64,000 bases of DNA, taken from contig WALU01000049.1 in NCBI GenBank assembly GCA_015522685.1, forward strand, positions 1 through 64,000, in the 5' to 3' direction. Below are positions 9,315 through 18,854 of this stretch, one piece after another. The translations under genes and the position numbers were made by a program. The DNA comes from Thermoproteota archaeon (lineage in GTDB: Archaea > Korarchaeota > Korarchaeia > Korarchaeales > Korarchaeaceae). Position 1 is the first letter of the stretch, and the number at the start of each line of letters is the position of its first letter. Below the pieces are notes generated by a model, which was not told the DNA's origin, ran no database searches, and saw only the letters and a list, made by a program, of their open reading frames with translations.

Positions 9315-10351
9315 AGTTGGAGGAAAAGCTTATGTTACCGGATTTTCTATCCCAAAAACCTAAGCTAAAGTTCCTATTTACTGGAGGAAAAGGGGGCGTT
9401 GGTAAGACTATCTCGGCAGCAGGCCTTGCTTACAAGTTCTCAGAAGAGGGCAGGAGGACTCTTCTAGTTTCCCTTAACCCTGTTCATTCTCTCTCTAGCT
9501 TGTTTGGTCAGGATATCGCCGGTGGTAAGATAAAGCCCGTTGAAGGTGCGTCTAATCTATACGCTTTGGAGGTGGAGATAGAGGATATTGTTGAGAGATA
9601 CAAGACCAATATATCTAAGAGACTCTCTGAGTTCCTAAAGTGGGCAGATATACCAATGAATCCAAAGCCTTTCATAGATATAGCCACAACTAATCCCGCA
9701 TTTCAGGAATCAGCTATGTTCGATAAGATGGTAGATGTTATACTCGAGCAAGGCCAAGAATACAATGTCGTGGTATTTGATACTGCTGCCATTGCTAATG
9801 CAGCAAGATTAATAGGACTGAGCAAAATTTACGGGCTATGGCTAGAGAGGATGATAGAGAGTAGGAAAGAAGCTCTATCTCTTAGAGTAAAACTCTCTTT
9901 TAGAAAGGAAAAGGTGATAGAAGAGATAAAGAAGGATCCTATGATGGCAGATCTTCTTTCTATGCAGGAGAGGTTTACTAAGGTGAAAAATATACTGTTA
10001 AATGAGGAGTTAACATCTTTCTTCTTCGTCACCTTACCTCTATCATTACCAATAGCTGTTGTCAAGAGATTCATCAAGATGGTTAGAGGCTTTGATATAC
10101 CTGTAGGAGGAGTTATAGTGAATCAAATCATTCCTAAGTCAATAGCTTTGTCCACAACAAATGAGTATATAAAGAACAAATATAATGAGCAATTGGGCTA
10201 TATGAGGGAGATAGGTAGAGATCTAGGACCTTTAGTTCGATCTTACATTCCAGTATATCCAAGCGAGGTAGTGGGTGTTAACATGATCTCTAAAGTTTCA
10301 AAAGATATGTTCTCCTGGATCCCCGACTTTCTTGATGAGCTAGATCTCTGA
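9305..10351 (+). CDS. ArsA/Get3/TRC40-family ATPase, copy 2 (degenerate switch motifs)
   Basis: GKGGVGKTI, switch I SLNPVHSLSS, switch II DTAAIAN. Confidence 0.9.
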   Translation: MVVKLEEKLMLPDFLSQKPKLKFLFTGGKGGVGKTISAAGLAYKFSEEGRRTLLVSLNPVHSLSSLFGQDIAGGKIKPVEGASNLYALEVEIEDIVERYKTNISKRLSEFLKWADIPMNPKPFIDIATTNPAFQESAMFDKMVDVILEQGQEYNVVVFDTAAIANAARLIGLSKIYGLWLERMIESRKEALSLRVKLSFRKEKVIEEIKKDPMMADLLSMQERFTKVKNILLNEELTSFFFVTLPLSLPIAVVKRFIKMVRGFDIPVGGVIVNQIIPKSIALSTTNEYIKNKYNEQLGYMREIGRDLGPLVRSYIPVYPSEVVGVNMISKVSKDMFSWIPDFLDELDL

Positions 10352-10418
10352 ATGCATAGTTTGATCTTCTTTAATTTTTATTTTGTTAATAATAAATTTT
10401 GCCTTAGAGGTGAGTCCT

Positions 10419-10997
10419 TTGGGAATAGCAGTCACCAGAAGCTCAGCACTCATTATAGTCGATGTCCAAAGAGATTTCATGCCAGGAGGCGTCCTCCCGG
10501 TTCCAAGTGGATATACCATCATAAAGCCTATTAATACCCTTGTGGTTTCCTTTAAGGATAAGGGATTGCCGATAATACTTACAAGAGATTGGCACCCAAC
10601 CAATCATATATCTTTCGAGAGTAGAGGAGGACCTTGGCCACCTCATTGTATCAAAAACACCAAGGGAGCTCAGTTTCATCCCGATTTAGAGGTTCCCAAG
10701 GAAGCTATAATAGTATCGAAGGCCACAGAGGAAGATATGGAGGCATATTCCGGTTTTCAGGGAACTAGCTTAGATGCAATTCTTAGGGAGAAGAAGATAA
10801 AAAGGCTCTTTGTAGGAGGGGTTGCAATAGAATATTGCATTAAAGCTACAGTTTTAGACGCTCTCAAGCTAGGATATGAAGTTATAGTTGTGAAGGAAGC
10901 TATAAAGGGTATAGACAAGGGAGAAGAGAGAAAAGCAGAGGAAGAGATGCTAGACAGGGGAGCTATATTTGTAAGTCTAGGGGAAATCAAGCTATAG
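10419..10997 (+). CDS. pncA: nicotinamidase/pyrazinamidase
   Basis: DVQRDFMPGG, DWHP, WPPHC, GVAIEYC; TTG 10419 follows GAGGTGA. Confidence 0.9.
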   Translation: MGIAVTRSSALIIVDVQRDFMPGGVLPVPSGYTIIKPINTLVVSFKDKGLPIILTRDWHPTNHISFESRGGPWPPHCIKNTKGAQFHPDLEVPKEAIIVSKATEEDMEAYSGFQGTSLDAILREKKIKRLFVGGVAIEYCIKATVLDALKLGYEVIVVKEAIKGIDKGEERKAEEEMLDRGAIFVSLGEIKL

Positions 10998-11014
10998 TAG
11001 GGAGCATCCAAAAA

Positions 11015-14000
11015 TCAGAGCATCTCTCTCAGCAATCCGGGGGAGCGGTAGCCTTTAGAATAGGATGCAAGAGGCTGTATATCGATAGAATCTAGGTCTA
11101 CGGAAGCCATGGACTTACTGAGTTCTAAAGATAGAGTTGCATCTAATATTAGGGGCAAATTTAGATCTGCTGCTATTCTCCTTACTTTATAGTCCATATT
11201 AGGCGCGTAACCAGTAGCTATGACCATATCCGCCTTATCATCCCTAATCAACCTGTATGCTTTATCTTGACCCAGTTCAGAAACTTTCCATACCCTCAGA
11301 CCCATTGAACCGAATATTTCTGCTGCTTCATCTAGTTTAGCTGTATCCTCGCTAGATCCCTTATTACCCACCACAACACCCTTGCGTGGAATTTCATTAG
11401 GCGATATAGAAAGCCATGATTTAAGGAGAGCAGCTTCATATTTTTTATCAAGGCTTGCTGCCTCTCCTGTAGACCTCATCTCTACTCCTAAGTATGGATA
11501 ACATCCTCTAATTTGAGACCAAGAAAACTGGGGAGATTTTATGGAAAAGTGAGACATAAAAGGCTCATAAAATCCATTTATACCTAGAGATCCTTCAAAA
11601 ATGGCTTTTGCTGATGCTTTTGCTAAATTAACGCCTGAAGACTTGCTAGAGAAGGGCATAGATCTTGATGCTCTGAGATTTAGTTCTAGTACATATGTCT
11701 TTTCTCTATCAAGAATAAATTGCAGGTTAAAGGGACCCTTTATCCTTAGAGCCCTAACTAGCTCTAAGGCGATGGATTTCATTCTTTCTGTTGGAATGCC
11801 ATTGGCTGGAAGAACCATTGTAGAATCTCCTGAGTGGATACCAGCTGGTTCTATATGTTTTATCACGATACCTATCGCGCTTTCTCCATCTCCAACTCCA
11901 TCTATTTCAGCCTCTTTTCCTCTGATAAACTTCGAGATTACCACACTTCTTCCAGTTGATAGAGAACGCATTAAGGCACTTCTCAAGGAAGAATCGTTGG
12001 AGACTATGAACATAGATGTGCCGCTGAGCACATGAGAGGGCCTCACCATTAAGGGATATCCTATCTTCTCAGCGAAATCAAGAGCCTCTTTCATGCTTTT
12101 AACTTCTGCCCAAGGAGGCTGATCTATTCCTAGCTCATCTAAAAGTTTAGAGAAGTCTTCTCTGTTCTCAGCGATTTCTACGCTTTTGCCATTCGTTCCA
12201 AGCAATCTTACTCCTTCTTTCTCCAAGGGATCTGCCAAATCATTAGCTACTTGTCCACCTAGAAATGCCACGGCTCCCATAGGTCTCTCAAACTTATATA
12301 TATCAAGAAGCCTCTCTAACGTCAATTCCTCAAAATAGAGTCTATCAACCATATCCCAGTCAGTAGAGACAGTCTCTGGGTTATAATTTACTATGGCTAC
12401 AGAATCAACGTAATCTTTGGCTGATTTAGCGAATTCTACTACACCCCAATCAAATTCTACTGAGACTCCTATTCTAAATACACCGGCTCCTATTATAATG
12501 ACCTTAGCATTGGGTCTAATATCATTCTTCCGCCCGCCATATGTAGCATACAGGTAATTCGTTATCGAGGGCCATTCAGCAGCAAGGGTATCTATCTGCT
12601 TGAAAGAGGGCCTAATTCCAGAGGATATCCTGATTTTCCTGATCTGATTCTCTTCTAATCCTAGCTTCTTTGCTATCTGATAATCAGAGAAGCCGTATCT
12701 CTTTGCAATGTAGATGGAGGGAGGATCCAGCTTAAGATTGCGCCACGTTTTCACAGCCTTCTTTAGTTCTCTTATAAACCAGATATCTATCCCAGAAATC
12801 TTAGCTACCTTCTCCTCATCAATACCATAGGAAAGGGCTATTGATGCCCAAGCAGGCCAGTAAGGTTTTTTCTCCTTTAAAGATTTCAATGCTTCATTTA
12901 TATTCCCTTCCATGGGAAGGCCATCAAAAAGACCCAGCATCCTCATACTTTTCTGCACAGCTTCGGCGAAGTTTCTTCCTATAGCCATAACTTCTCCTAT
13001 ACTCTTCATTTCACTGCCTATTCCCCTTTCTCCCTTTTCGAACTTCTCCAAGTCCCATCTCGGTACCTTAACAACTATATAATCCAAACTAGGCTCGAAG
13101 CAGGAGCAGGTAACTCCAGTAACCCTATTTAATATTTCATCGAGTCTATACCCTAGAGCCAGCTTAGCTGCTACATAGGCTAGAGGATATCCTGTGGCCT
13201 TACTCGCTAAGGCCGAGGATCTAGACATCCTAGGATTCATCTCTATTGCATAATAGTTTAGCCTGTTAAGAGCGAATTGAACATTTCCCTCCCCAATAAG
13301 CCCTACGGCCTCAGCTACCCTGAGAGAGGAACTCCTAAGGAGCTGATATTCCTGATTAGTTAAAGTTTGACATGGAGCAACTACTACAGATTCTCCTGTA
13401 TGTATTCCCATGGGATCAGCGTTTTCTAGGCAGGCAGGAGCTACTGTGTTGCCATATGAGTCTCTTATCACCTCGAATTCTATCTCCTTCCATCCACCTA
13501 GGTATTTCTCCACTAAAGCCTTGCTTATAGAGCTAGATCTCAGCGCCCTCTGTATTAGAGAGTTCATCTCCTCCCTATTCCATGCTATGAACGAGCCTCT
13601 GCCTCCTAAGTTATATGATACTCTAACGATTACAGGATAGCCTATATCTTCAGCAGCCTTTACCGCACATTCAAGAGAGGATACATGATAACTCAGAGGC
13701 ATTGGTATTCCATAGCTTTGAAGGGCCTCTTTGAATTTCTCCCTATTAAGTGCTCTATCTATTGCCTCTGGTTGAGTTCCAAGTACCTTTACTCCATATA
13801 TATCTAGTATCCCTGACTTCCATAGACTTATTCCAGCATTTAAAGCAGTCTGTCCTCCAAATCCAAGCAATATTCCATCAGGCCTCTCAGTATCTATTAT
13901 TTTAGCGAGAAATTCCCTTCTTATGGGATGTAGATATACCTTATCAGCTAGATCACCTGTTTGTATCGTGGCTACATTGGGATTCACCAAGATCACTTCT

Positions 14001-14116
14001 ATGCCTTCCTCCTTCAGAGCCTTTATAGCTTGGCTCCCGCTATAGTCGAACTCCGCTGCTTCAGCTATCTTTATTGCCCCAGAGCCTAAGAGGAGAACTT
14101 TTCTTACAGATTCCAT
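11015..14116 (-). CDS. carB: carbamoyl-phosphate synthase large subunit
   Basis: GSGAIKIAEAAEFDYSGSQA, two ATP-grasp halves, NPETVSTD. Confidence 0.96.
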   Translation of the reverse strand: MESVRKVLLLGSGAIKIAEAAEFDYSGSQAIKALKEEGIEVILVNPNVATIQTGDLADKVYLHPIRREFLAKIIDTERPDGILLGFGGQTALNAGISLWKSGILDIYGVKVLGTQPEAIDRALNREKFKEALQSYGIPMPLSYHVSSLECAVKAAEDIGYPVIVRVSYNLGGRGSFIAWNREEMNSLIQRALRSSSISKALVEKYLGGWKEIEFEVIRDSYGNTVAPACLENADPMGIHTGESVVVAPCQTLTNQEYQLLRSSSLRVAEAVGLIGEGNVQFALNRLNYYAIEMNPRMSRSSALASKATGYPLAYVAAKLALGYRLDEILNRVTGVTCSCFEPSLDYIVVKVPRWDLEKFEKGERGIGSEMKSIGEVMAIGRNFAEAVQKSMRMLGLFDGLPMEGNINEALKSLKEKKPYWPAWASIALSYGIDEEKVAKISGIDIWFIRELKKAVKTWRNLKLDPPSIYIAKRYGFSDYQIAKKLGLEENQIRKIRISSGIRPSFKQIDTLAAEWPSITNYLYATYGGRKNDIRPNAKVIIIGAGVFRIGVSVEFDWGVVEFAKSAKDYVDSVAIVNYNPETVSTDWDMVDRLYFEELTLERLLDIYKFERPMGAVAFLGGQVANDLADPLEKEGVRLLGTNGKSVEIAENREDFSKLLDELGIDQPPWAEVKSMKEALDFAEKIGYPLMVRPSHVLSGTSMFIVSNDSSLRSALMRSLSTGRSVVISKFIRGKEAEIDGVGDGESAIGIVIKHIEPAGIHSGDSTMVLPANGIPTERMKSIALELVRALRIKGPFNLQFILDREKTYVLELNLRASRSMPFSSKSSGVNLAKASAKAIFEGSLGINGFYEPFMSHFSIKSPQFSWSQIRGCYPYLGVEMRSTGEAASLDKKYEAALLKSWLSISPNEIPRKGVVVGNKGSSEDTAKLDEAAEIFGSMGLRVWKVSELGQDKAYRLIRDDKADMVIATGYAPNMDYKVRRIAADLNLPLILDATLSLELSKSMASVDLDSIDIQPLASYSKGYRSPGLLREML

Positions 14117-15177
14117 TTTCCATCCCTTATAGCATCAATAAATAAATCAAAGATCCATGATGTATCCATAGGGCCAGGAGAGGATTCGGGGTGAAATTGC
14201 GTGGTGGCTATCGGCAGATATTTATGATAAGCCCCCTCAAGTGTTCCATCGTCTGGGTTTACAAACCATTCAACAAGATCGGCTTCCTTTAAACTCTCCC
14301 TTCCAACGGCGAATCCATGATTCTGGCTAGTTATATAGCATCTACCTGTTCTTAGATCCTTGACGGGTTTATTCTGGCCTCTATGACCATATTTCATCTT
14401 GAAGGTTTCAGCTCCTAAGCCAAGAGCGATAATCTGGTGACCTAAACATATTCCTAAAGTTACGATACCTTCGGTAGCCATATCTACTGCAATCTTTCCT
14501 TGCGATCTTAAAAACTCTGGATTACCGGGGCCATTTCCAAGCAGGAGAGCATCCGGTTCTAAAGACCATATCTCTTCCAGAGAAGAGTAGCAGGGAACTC
14601 TGACAACACCAAGCCCTCTTTTTAATAATTCTCTCACTATTCCCAGCTTTAATCCACAGTCAAGTACTACTACTAAAGGCTTGGAGTGACTCTCCCATAT
14701 AGGACGAGAGGGAGACACTTCCTTAACATAATCAACTTCATCATAAGATGGAGCATCTACTAACTTCCTCCACAGACTTTCTAGATCAGGATTTCTTTCC
14801 CACACTCCTAAGGCTCCTTTCATTACCCCAACATTCCTAAGCTCCTTTGTTAAGGCTCTAGTATCTACCCATTGGACTATTGGAACATTATATTCATCGA
14901 GCCATTCTTGCAGAGATAGATCTGAGTCCCAATGAGATATATCTGTAAGCTCATGTATCACCAAGCCAGTTACCTGAACCTTATCAGACTCCAAGAGGGA
15001 TGTGTTCACCCCATAGTTTCCGATAAGTGGGTTTGTCATGACCAATATCTGACCCTTATAGCTAGGATCACTAAGAGATTCAGGATAACCAACCATCCCT
15101 GTGGTGAAGACTACCTCACCAAATACAAGGCAGGGTCTACCAGTACTACATCCAAGGTACATTGAACCGTTCTCCAA
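14104..15177 (-). CDS. carA: carbamoyl-phosphate synthase small subunit (5' end anomalous)
   Basis: GEVVFTTGMVGYPESLSDPSY, GICLGHQ, QFHPE; homologous-looking sequence continues upstream of the TTG with no in-frame start. Confidence 0.95.
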   Translation of the reverse strand: MENGSMYLGCSTGRPCLVFGEVVFTTGMVGYPESLSDPSYKGQILVMTNPLIGNYGVNTSLLESDKVQVTGLVIHELTDISHWDSDLSLQEWLDEYNVPIVQWVDTRALTKELRNVGVMKGALGVWERNPDLESLWRKLVDAPSYDEVDYVKEVSPSRPIWESHSKPLVVVLDCGLKLGIVRELLKRGLGVVRVPCYSSLEEIWSLEPDALLLGNGPGNPEFLRSQGKIAVDMATEGIVTLGICLGHQIIALGLGAETFKMKYGHRGQNKPVKDLRTGRCYITSQNHGFAVGRESLKEADLVEWFVNPDDGTLEGAYHKYLPIATTQFHPESSPGPMDTSWIFDLFIDAIRDGKWNL

Positions 15178-15199
15178 GATTAAGGTAGAAGGTTTACAT

Positions 15200-15223
15200 T
15201 CATATGGGCCGAAGGAAATACAT
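15200..15223 (-). other. 7-codon leader ORF MYFLRPI with CTT-CGG-C candidate +1 frameshift site into carA
   Basis: TTTTTAAA box, then GAGGGT, then ATG TAT TTC CTT CGG CCC ATA TGA; carA frame is +1. Confidence 0.45.
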
Positions 15224-15602
15224 GCGTACCCTCGTTAGCTGGTAATTCTCATTTAAAAAATTAACTAATTTTCTACGTACACCTAATTCATCAAGGAGTA
15301 GAGATCATCATTTGCATTCAAGCTGCTGGCTACTTCAGATGTTGCAATGGCTTTTCCTCACCGAACTCTCGGTATCTGTAATCTGTAGAATGAATTCCCT
15401 ATGATTATGACCGTCTTTCAATGCTTCTCTTCCTTCCTTTTCATTCGACTTAGATGATAACCTCTCTTAACGAAGAGTTTCCCTGACGAGGTGAGGCTAG
15501 AGAGCCTTATGATATAGAAGATTGAGATGCAAACTATTTTTTTAGCAAAACTCTTTCATTCTTCAATTATTAGATAAAATTAAACCTACCATCACAATTT
15601 AT

Positions 15603-16640
15603 TTACTGAATTGCTCTACAGCGACCTAGTTGAGATAACTGTTCTATGGCTCCCTTGTAAACCTTCACCGCCAGTTCAAGTTCATTTATGCTTATAATCT
15701 CCTCATTCGTGTGAGCTAACCTACTGTCACCAGGGCCATAGGCAGCTATACTTCTCACAGCTTTGTAGAGCCTGTTCATATCGCTAGAGCCATACTTCTT
15801 CAGAAGCTTAGGTCTTCTCTCTAGCTTCAGGATGGATCTTATAAGAGATCTAGGAACCGGATCGCTGGGCCTCACAGTTGTGGGAGGAATCATCCACTTT
15901 ACTTCGACGAGGCATCTATCTAAGAGCCTAGATCTTATCTCTTCTACAACATCGGCTGGATCTATGCTTGGAGACACCCTGAGGTCTATTGTGGCTGATG
16001 CATGTCTTGGCAGCACATTAAATGCTTCCCCCCCTTTTATGATAGTAACAGCCGCACTAGGTTCCTCATATTTCGTACCAGGAGCGATTTCCTTTACCTT
16101 TAGGATAGAGTCTATAAGCTTATCCACTGCGGATACTCCAGGGGATGATGAGTGACCTCCCCCAGCTTGACATCTAATTTCAAGATGAGCTCCTCCCCTA
16201 TAAGCTATTATAACCCCTATCGTGTTAGAGGGTTCTCCTATTATTATATAGGGAGGAAGTTTCCCTTTGAGGAGATGCCTAGCTCCCCTGCTATCTCCTT
16301 CCTCACCTACTAGGGCTGCGACAGTGACAGGATCCTTTGATAGAGAGGCTGCCACAAGCATTGCGGATAGAGGTCCTTTAGCGTCTACGGCTCCCCTGCC
16401 AGTTATCATCCCGCCACTTCGCTTAACCGGGAGCTCGCCAGGGACTGTATCGTAGTGGCCTACTAACCAGATGTTACTCTCATCTCCCTTGCTAGCCAGC
16501 ACATTACCAGCGTCATCTACCTTCACTTTCAATCCCAGCTCCTCAGCAATATCTACCAAAATACCCTGGGCATTTTCCTCATGACCTGTAGGACTATAAG
16601 CTTTTAGAAGGCTAAATAATACCTTATCTACCTTACTCAT
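15603..16640 (-). CDS. lysK: [LysW]-lysine/[LysW]-ornithine hydrolase (M20 family)
   Basis: GHYDTVPG, GRGAVDAKG, GEE, GEPS, YGPGDS.LAH; operon context. Confidence 0.92.
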   Translation of the reverse strand: MSKVDKVLFSLLKAYSPTGHEENAQGILVDIAEELGLKVKVDDAGNVLASKGDESNIWLVGHYDTVPGELPVKRSGGMITGRGAVDAKGPLSAMLVAASLSKDPVTVAALVGEEGDSRGARHLLKGKLPPYIIIGEPSNTIGVIIAYRGGAHLEIRCQAGGGHSSSPGVSAVDKLIDSILKVKEIAPGTKYEEPSAAVTIIKGGEAFNVLPRHASATIDLRVSPSIDPADVVEEIRSRLLDRCLVEVKWMIPPTTVRPSDPVPRSLIRSILKLERRPKLLKKYGSSDMNRLYKAVRSIAAYGPGDSRLAHTNEEIISINELELAVKVYKGAIEQLSQLGRCRAIQ

Positions 16641-17766
16641 TTCTTAAAACACCCTCAGTCTCTTCCAACAGAGTATTTATGTCTTCATCCGTTATCATGT
16701 ATGGAGGAAGAAATCTGAGTACCGTCCCCCCCGCCCTTAATGCCAAAATGCCTCTATTCTGAAGATCCTTCAGTATAGGGCCCACATCTATCCTGAGCTC
16801 GACTCCTATCATTAAGCCTTCTCCTCTAATTTCCCTTACTAGCTTCGATTTAACATCTTTAAGTCCTTTTATCAGTTTTTCGCCTTGTCTAGCCGCTCTT
16901 GATGGAATATCTTTCTCTAGGAATGTTTTTATACCTCCATAAAGCGCGGCGCAGGCTAGGGGGTTTCCTCCATGGGTTGATCCATGCTCTGCCCCCTTAA
17001 GGCCTTCAATCACCCAATTCCTTGCTGCCACAAAGCTAACTGGAAAGCCTCCACCTATGCTTTTTCCAGCAGTCATTATATCGGGCTCGACACCTCTAGA
17101 TTGGTGGGCCCAAGCAATTCCTGTCCTACCGAAACCGCTTTGAACCTCATCCAGTATAAGCGCGGCTCCATGCTCATCACATGCCTTCCTAATCTCCCTC
17201 AGGAATTCTGAGGTTGAAGGCCTGATGCCCCCCTCTCCTTGAACAGGTTCTGCTACTACAGCTGCTGTCTTCTCATCTATTAGATCAGCAGATCTTAGAT
17301 CGTTGAATCTACCAAACTTTACATCCAGCAGAGGATATCCCTCTCTATATCTTGGATTCCAAGTGATGGATAAGGAGCCTAAGGTTCTCCCATGAAAGCT
17401 TCTCATGAATGCCACTACATTTCTTCTTCCAGTTGCCTTGAAAGAAAGCTTTAATGCAAGTTCGACGGCTTCTGTCCCGCTGTTCTGGAAGTAAACTTCA
17501 GTTAAATTGTATGGAAGTATTTTATTCAGGTAGGAGAGACATCTCTCCATGGGATCGCTGGAGAAGCTAGGAGTAGCTACCATTATATGATTGAGTTGTT
17601 CCTTCAAAGCCTGAACAATTTCCGGCGGTCTGTGCCCCAAGAAGGCAACTCCATGTCCTGTGTGAGCATCTAAATATTGCCTACCTTGGGAATCCCATAC
17701 GTATTGCCTTTCCCCTCTAACCAGCTTCAGACCCCTATTTCCATAGAAAGAGATGAGAGATACCAT
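16633..17766 (-). CDS. lysJ: [LysW]-aminoadipate/glutamate semialdehyde transaminase
   Basis: class III aminotransferase: SGTEAVE, FHGRT, DEVQSGFGRTG, AGKSIGGG. Confidence 0.93.
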   Translation of the reverse strand: MVSLISFYGNRGLKLVRGERQYVWDSQGRQYLDAHTGHGVAFLGHRPPEIVQALKEQLNHIMVATPSFSSDPMERCLSYLNKILPYNLTEVYFQNSGTEAVELALKLSFKATGRRNVVAFMRSFHGRTLGSLSITWNPRYREGYPLLDVKFGRFNDLRSADLIDEKTAAVVAEPVQGEGGIRPSTSEFLREIRKACDEHGAALILDEVQSGFGRTGIAWAHQSRGVEPDIMTAGKSIGGGFPVSFVAARNWVIEGLKGAEHGSTHGGNPLACAALYGGIKTFLEKDIPSRAARQGEKLIKGLKDVKSKLVREIRGEGLMIGVELRIDVGPILKDLQNRGILALRAGGTVLRFLPPYMITDEDINTLLEETEGVLRNE

Positions 17767-17767
17767 G

Positions 17768-18598
17768 TTAACCCACCGCATAGCTCACCATTTCTCTAGC
17801 TATGTCCATATTCGTCACTCTAGCTGCGTTTTTGAATTCCGTCACAGCATTCACTTCTATTACTATTAGTCCTCTTCTCTCATCTTCTGCTAGATCTATG
17901 CCCAGAAATCCACCTCCCACAGCCTTAGCTGCTCTTATAACCAGACTAGCTAGCTCTTCTGTATATTCAGCTGGCTCTGCTCTCGCTCCTCTAGCTGTAT
18001 TAGTAACCCAATGATCCGAGACTCTATAGATCGCTGTAATGAATCTGTTCTCAGTTCCATATGCTCTTATATCTCTACCTGGTTTCCTTATAAACTCCTG
18101 AATATAGTGAATCCTGTAATAAGGAGAGGGTATAGCTTCTCTATGCTCTAAGATGGTTCTGAGTTCCTCCTTATCCTGAGCCAATGAGACAAGCCTCCCC
18201 CAGCTTCCATTCACTGGCTTAACCACAACAGGATATCCTATCTCCTCAGCAGCTTCCATGGCTCCCTCAAGAGAGAATGCCACTACAGTCTTAGGAGTGG
18301 GTATTCCAGCTTGAGATAGCCTAACTGATGTTACCAACTTATTTCCACAGGTAGAGATTACTTCGGGTGCATTAACAACCTTGATACCCAGTGAGGAGAG
18401 AGCAGTTGCGGATGCATGAGCTTTGGCGGTACTTATTGCCCTTATAATCGCTACATCAGCAAATGGATTCCCCCAGCCGATAGAAAGGAAATTGGAGTTT
18501 AGATGAATTGGAACTGCTTCATGACCTGATCCCTCTATTGCCCTCATTATCTGCCTCTCTTCCTCTCTCATCCTCTCATATATTAGGGCTACTCTCAT
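17768..18598 (-). CDS. lysX: LysX-type LysW ligase (ATP-grasp), Asn-Ala signature
   Basis: KPVNGSWGRL, RDIR, EVNAVTEFKNA; ATG at 18598 overlaps lysW stop (ATGA). Confidence 0.92.
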   Translation of the reverse strand: MRVALIYERMREEERQIMRAIEGSGHEAVPIHLNSNFLSIGWGNPFADVAIIRAISTAKAHASATALSSLGIKVVNAPEVISTCGNKLVTSVRLSQAGIPTPKTVVAFSLEGAMEAAEEIGYPVVVKPVNGSWGRLVSLAQDKEELRTILEHREAIPSPYYRIHYIQEFIRKPGRDIRAYGTENRFITAIYRVSDHWVTNTARGARAEPAEYTEELASLVIRAAKAVGGGFLGIDLAEDERRGLIVIEVNAVTEFKNAARVTNMDIAREMVSYAVG

Positions 18599-18765
18599 TC
18601 TCCCCAATCCTCTCCTATCTCCTCCGCTTCTCTGAGGAAGAACGTGCCATTCTGCTCATAGACCTCTAGAGTAGCGCCGCAGGAGGGACATTCGACCAAC
18701 TCTCCTGCCATAACGTCTTCAGGCAGTTTAACTGGAGATCCGCAGATCGGGCATTTTACTTCCAT
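18595..18765 (-). CDS. lysW: amino-group carrier protein LysW (56 aa; absent from ORF track)
   Basis: hand translation MEVKCPICG..VECPSCG..EEIGEDWGE: two CxxC plus the diagnostic EDWGE C-terminus. Confidence 0.97.
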   Translation of the reverse strand: MEVKCPICGSPVKLPEDVMAGELVECPSCGATLEVYEQNGTFFLREAEEIGEDWGE

Positions 18766-18854
18766 GCTATCGCACCAAACTATACGAACACCCCATAATA
18801 TAAATGTTATTCTCGTACTCTATAGTATAAATATAGAAAATATGAAGAAAGATA

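Noticed and set aside
8313-10351. Arsenic-resistance operon
   Set aside because: No arsB/acr3/arsC/arsR/arsD and no metalloid-binding cysteines
15270-15312. Possible C/D sRNA (minus-strand ATGATGA..TTGA)
   Set aside because: No terminal D box or stem and no recognisable rRNA guide
18800-18835. LysM-like operator (GTACGA half-site) upstream of the lysW TATA box
   Set aside because: Only one half-site matches and no lysM gene is in the window; too weak to call
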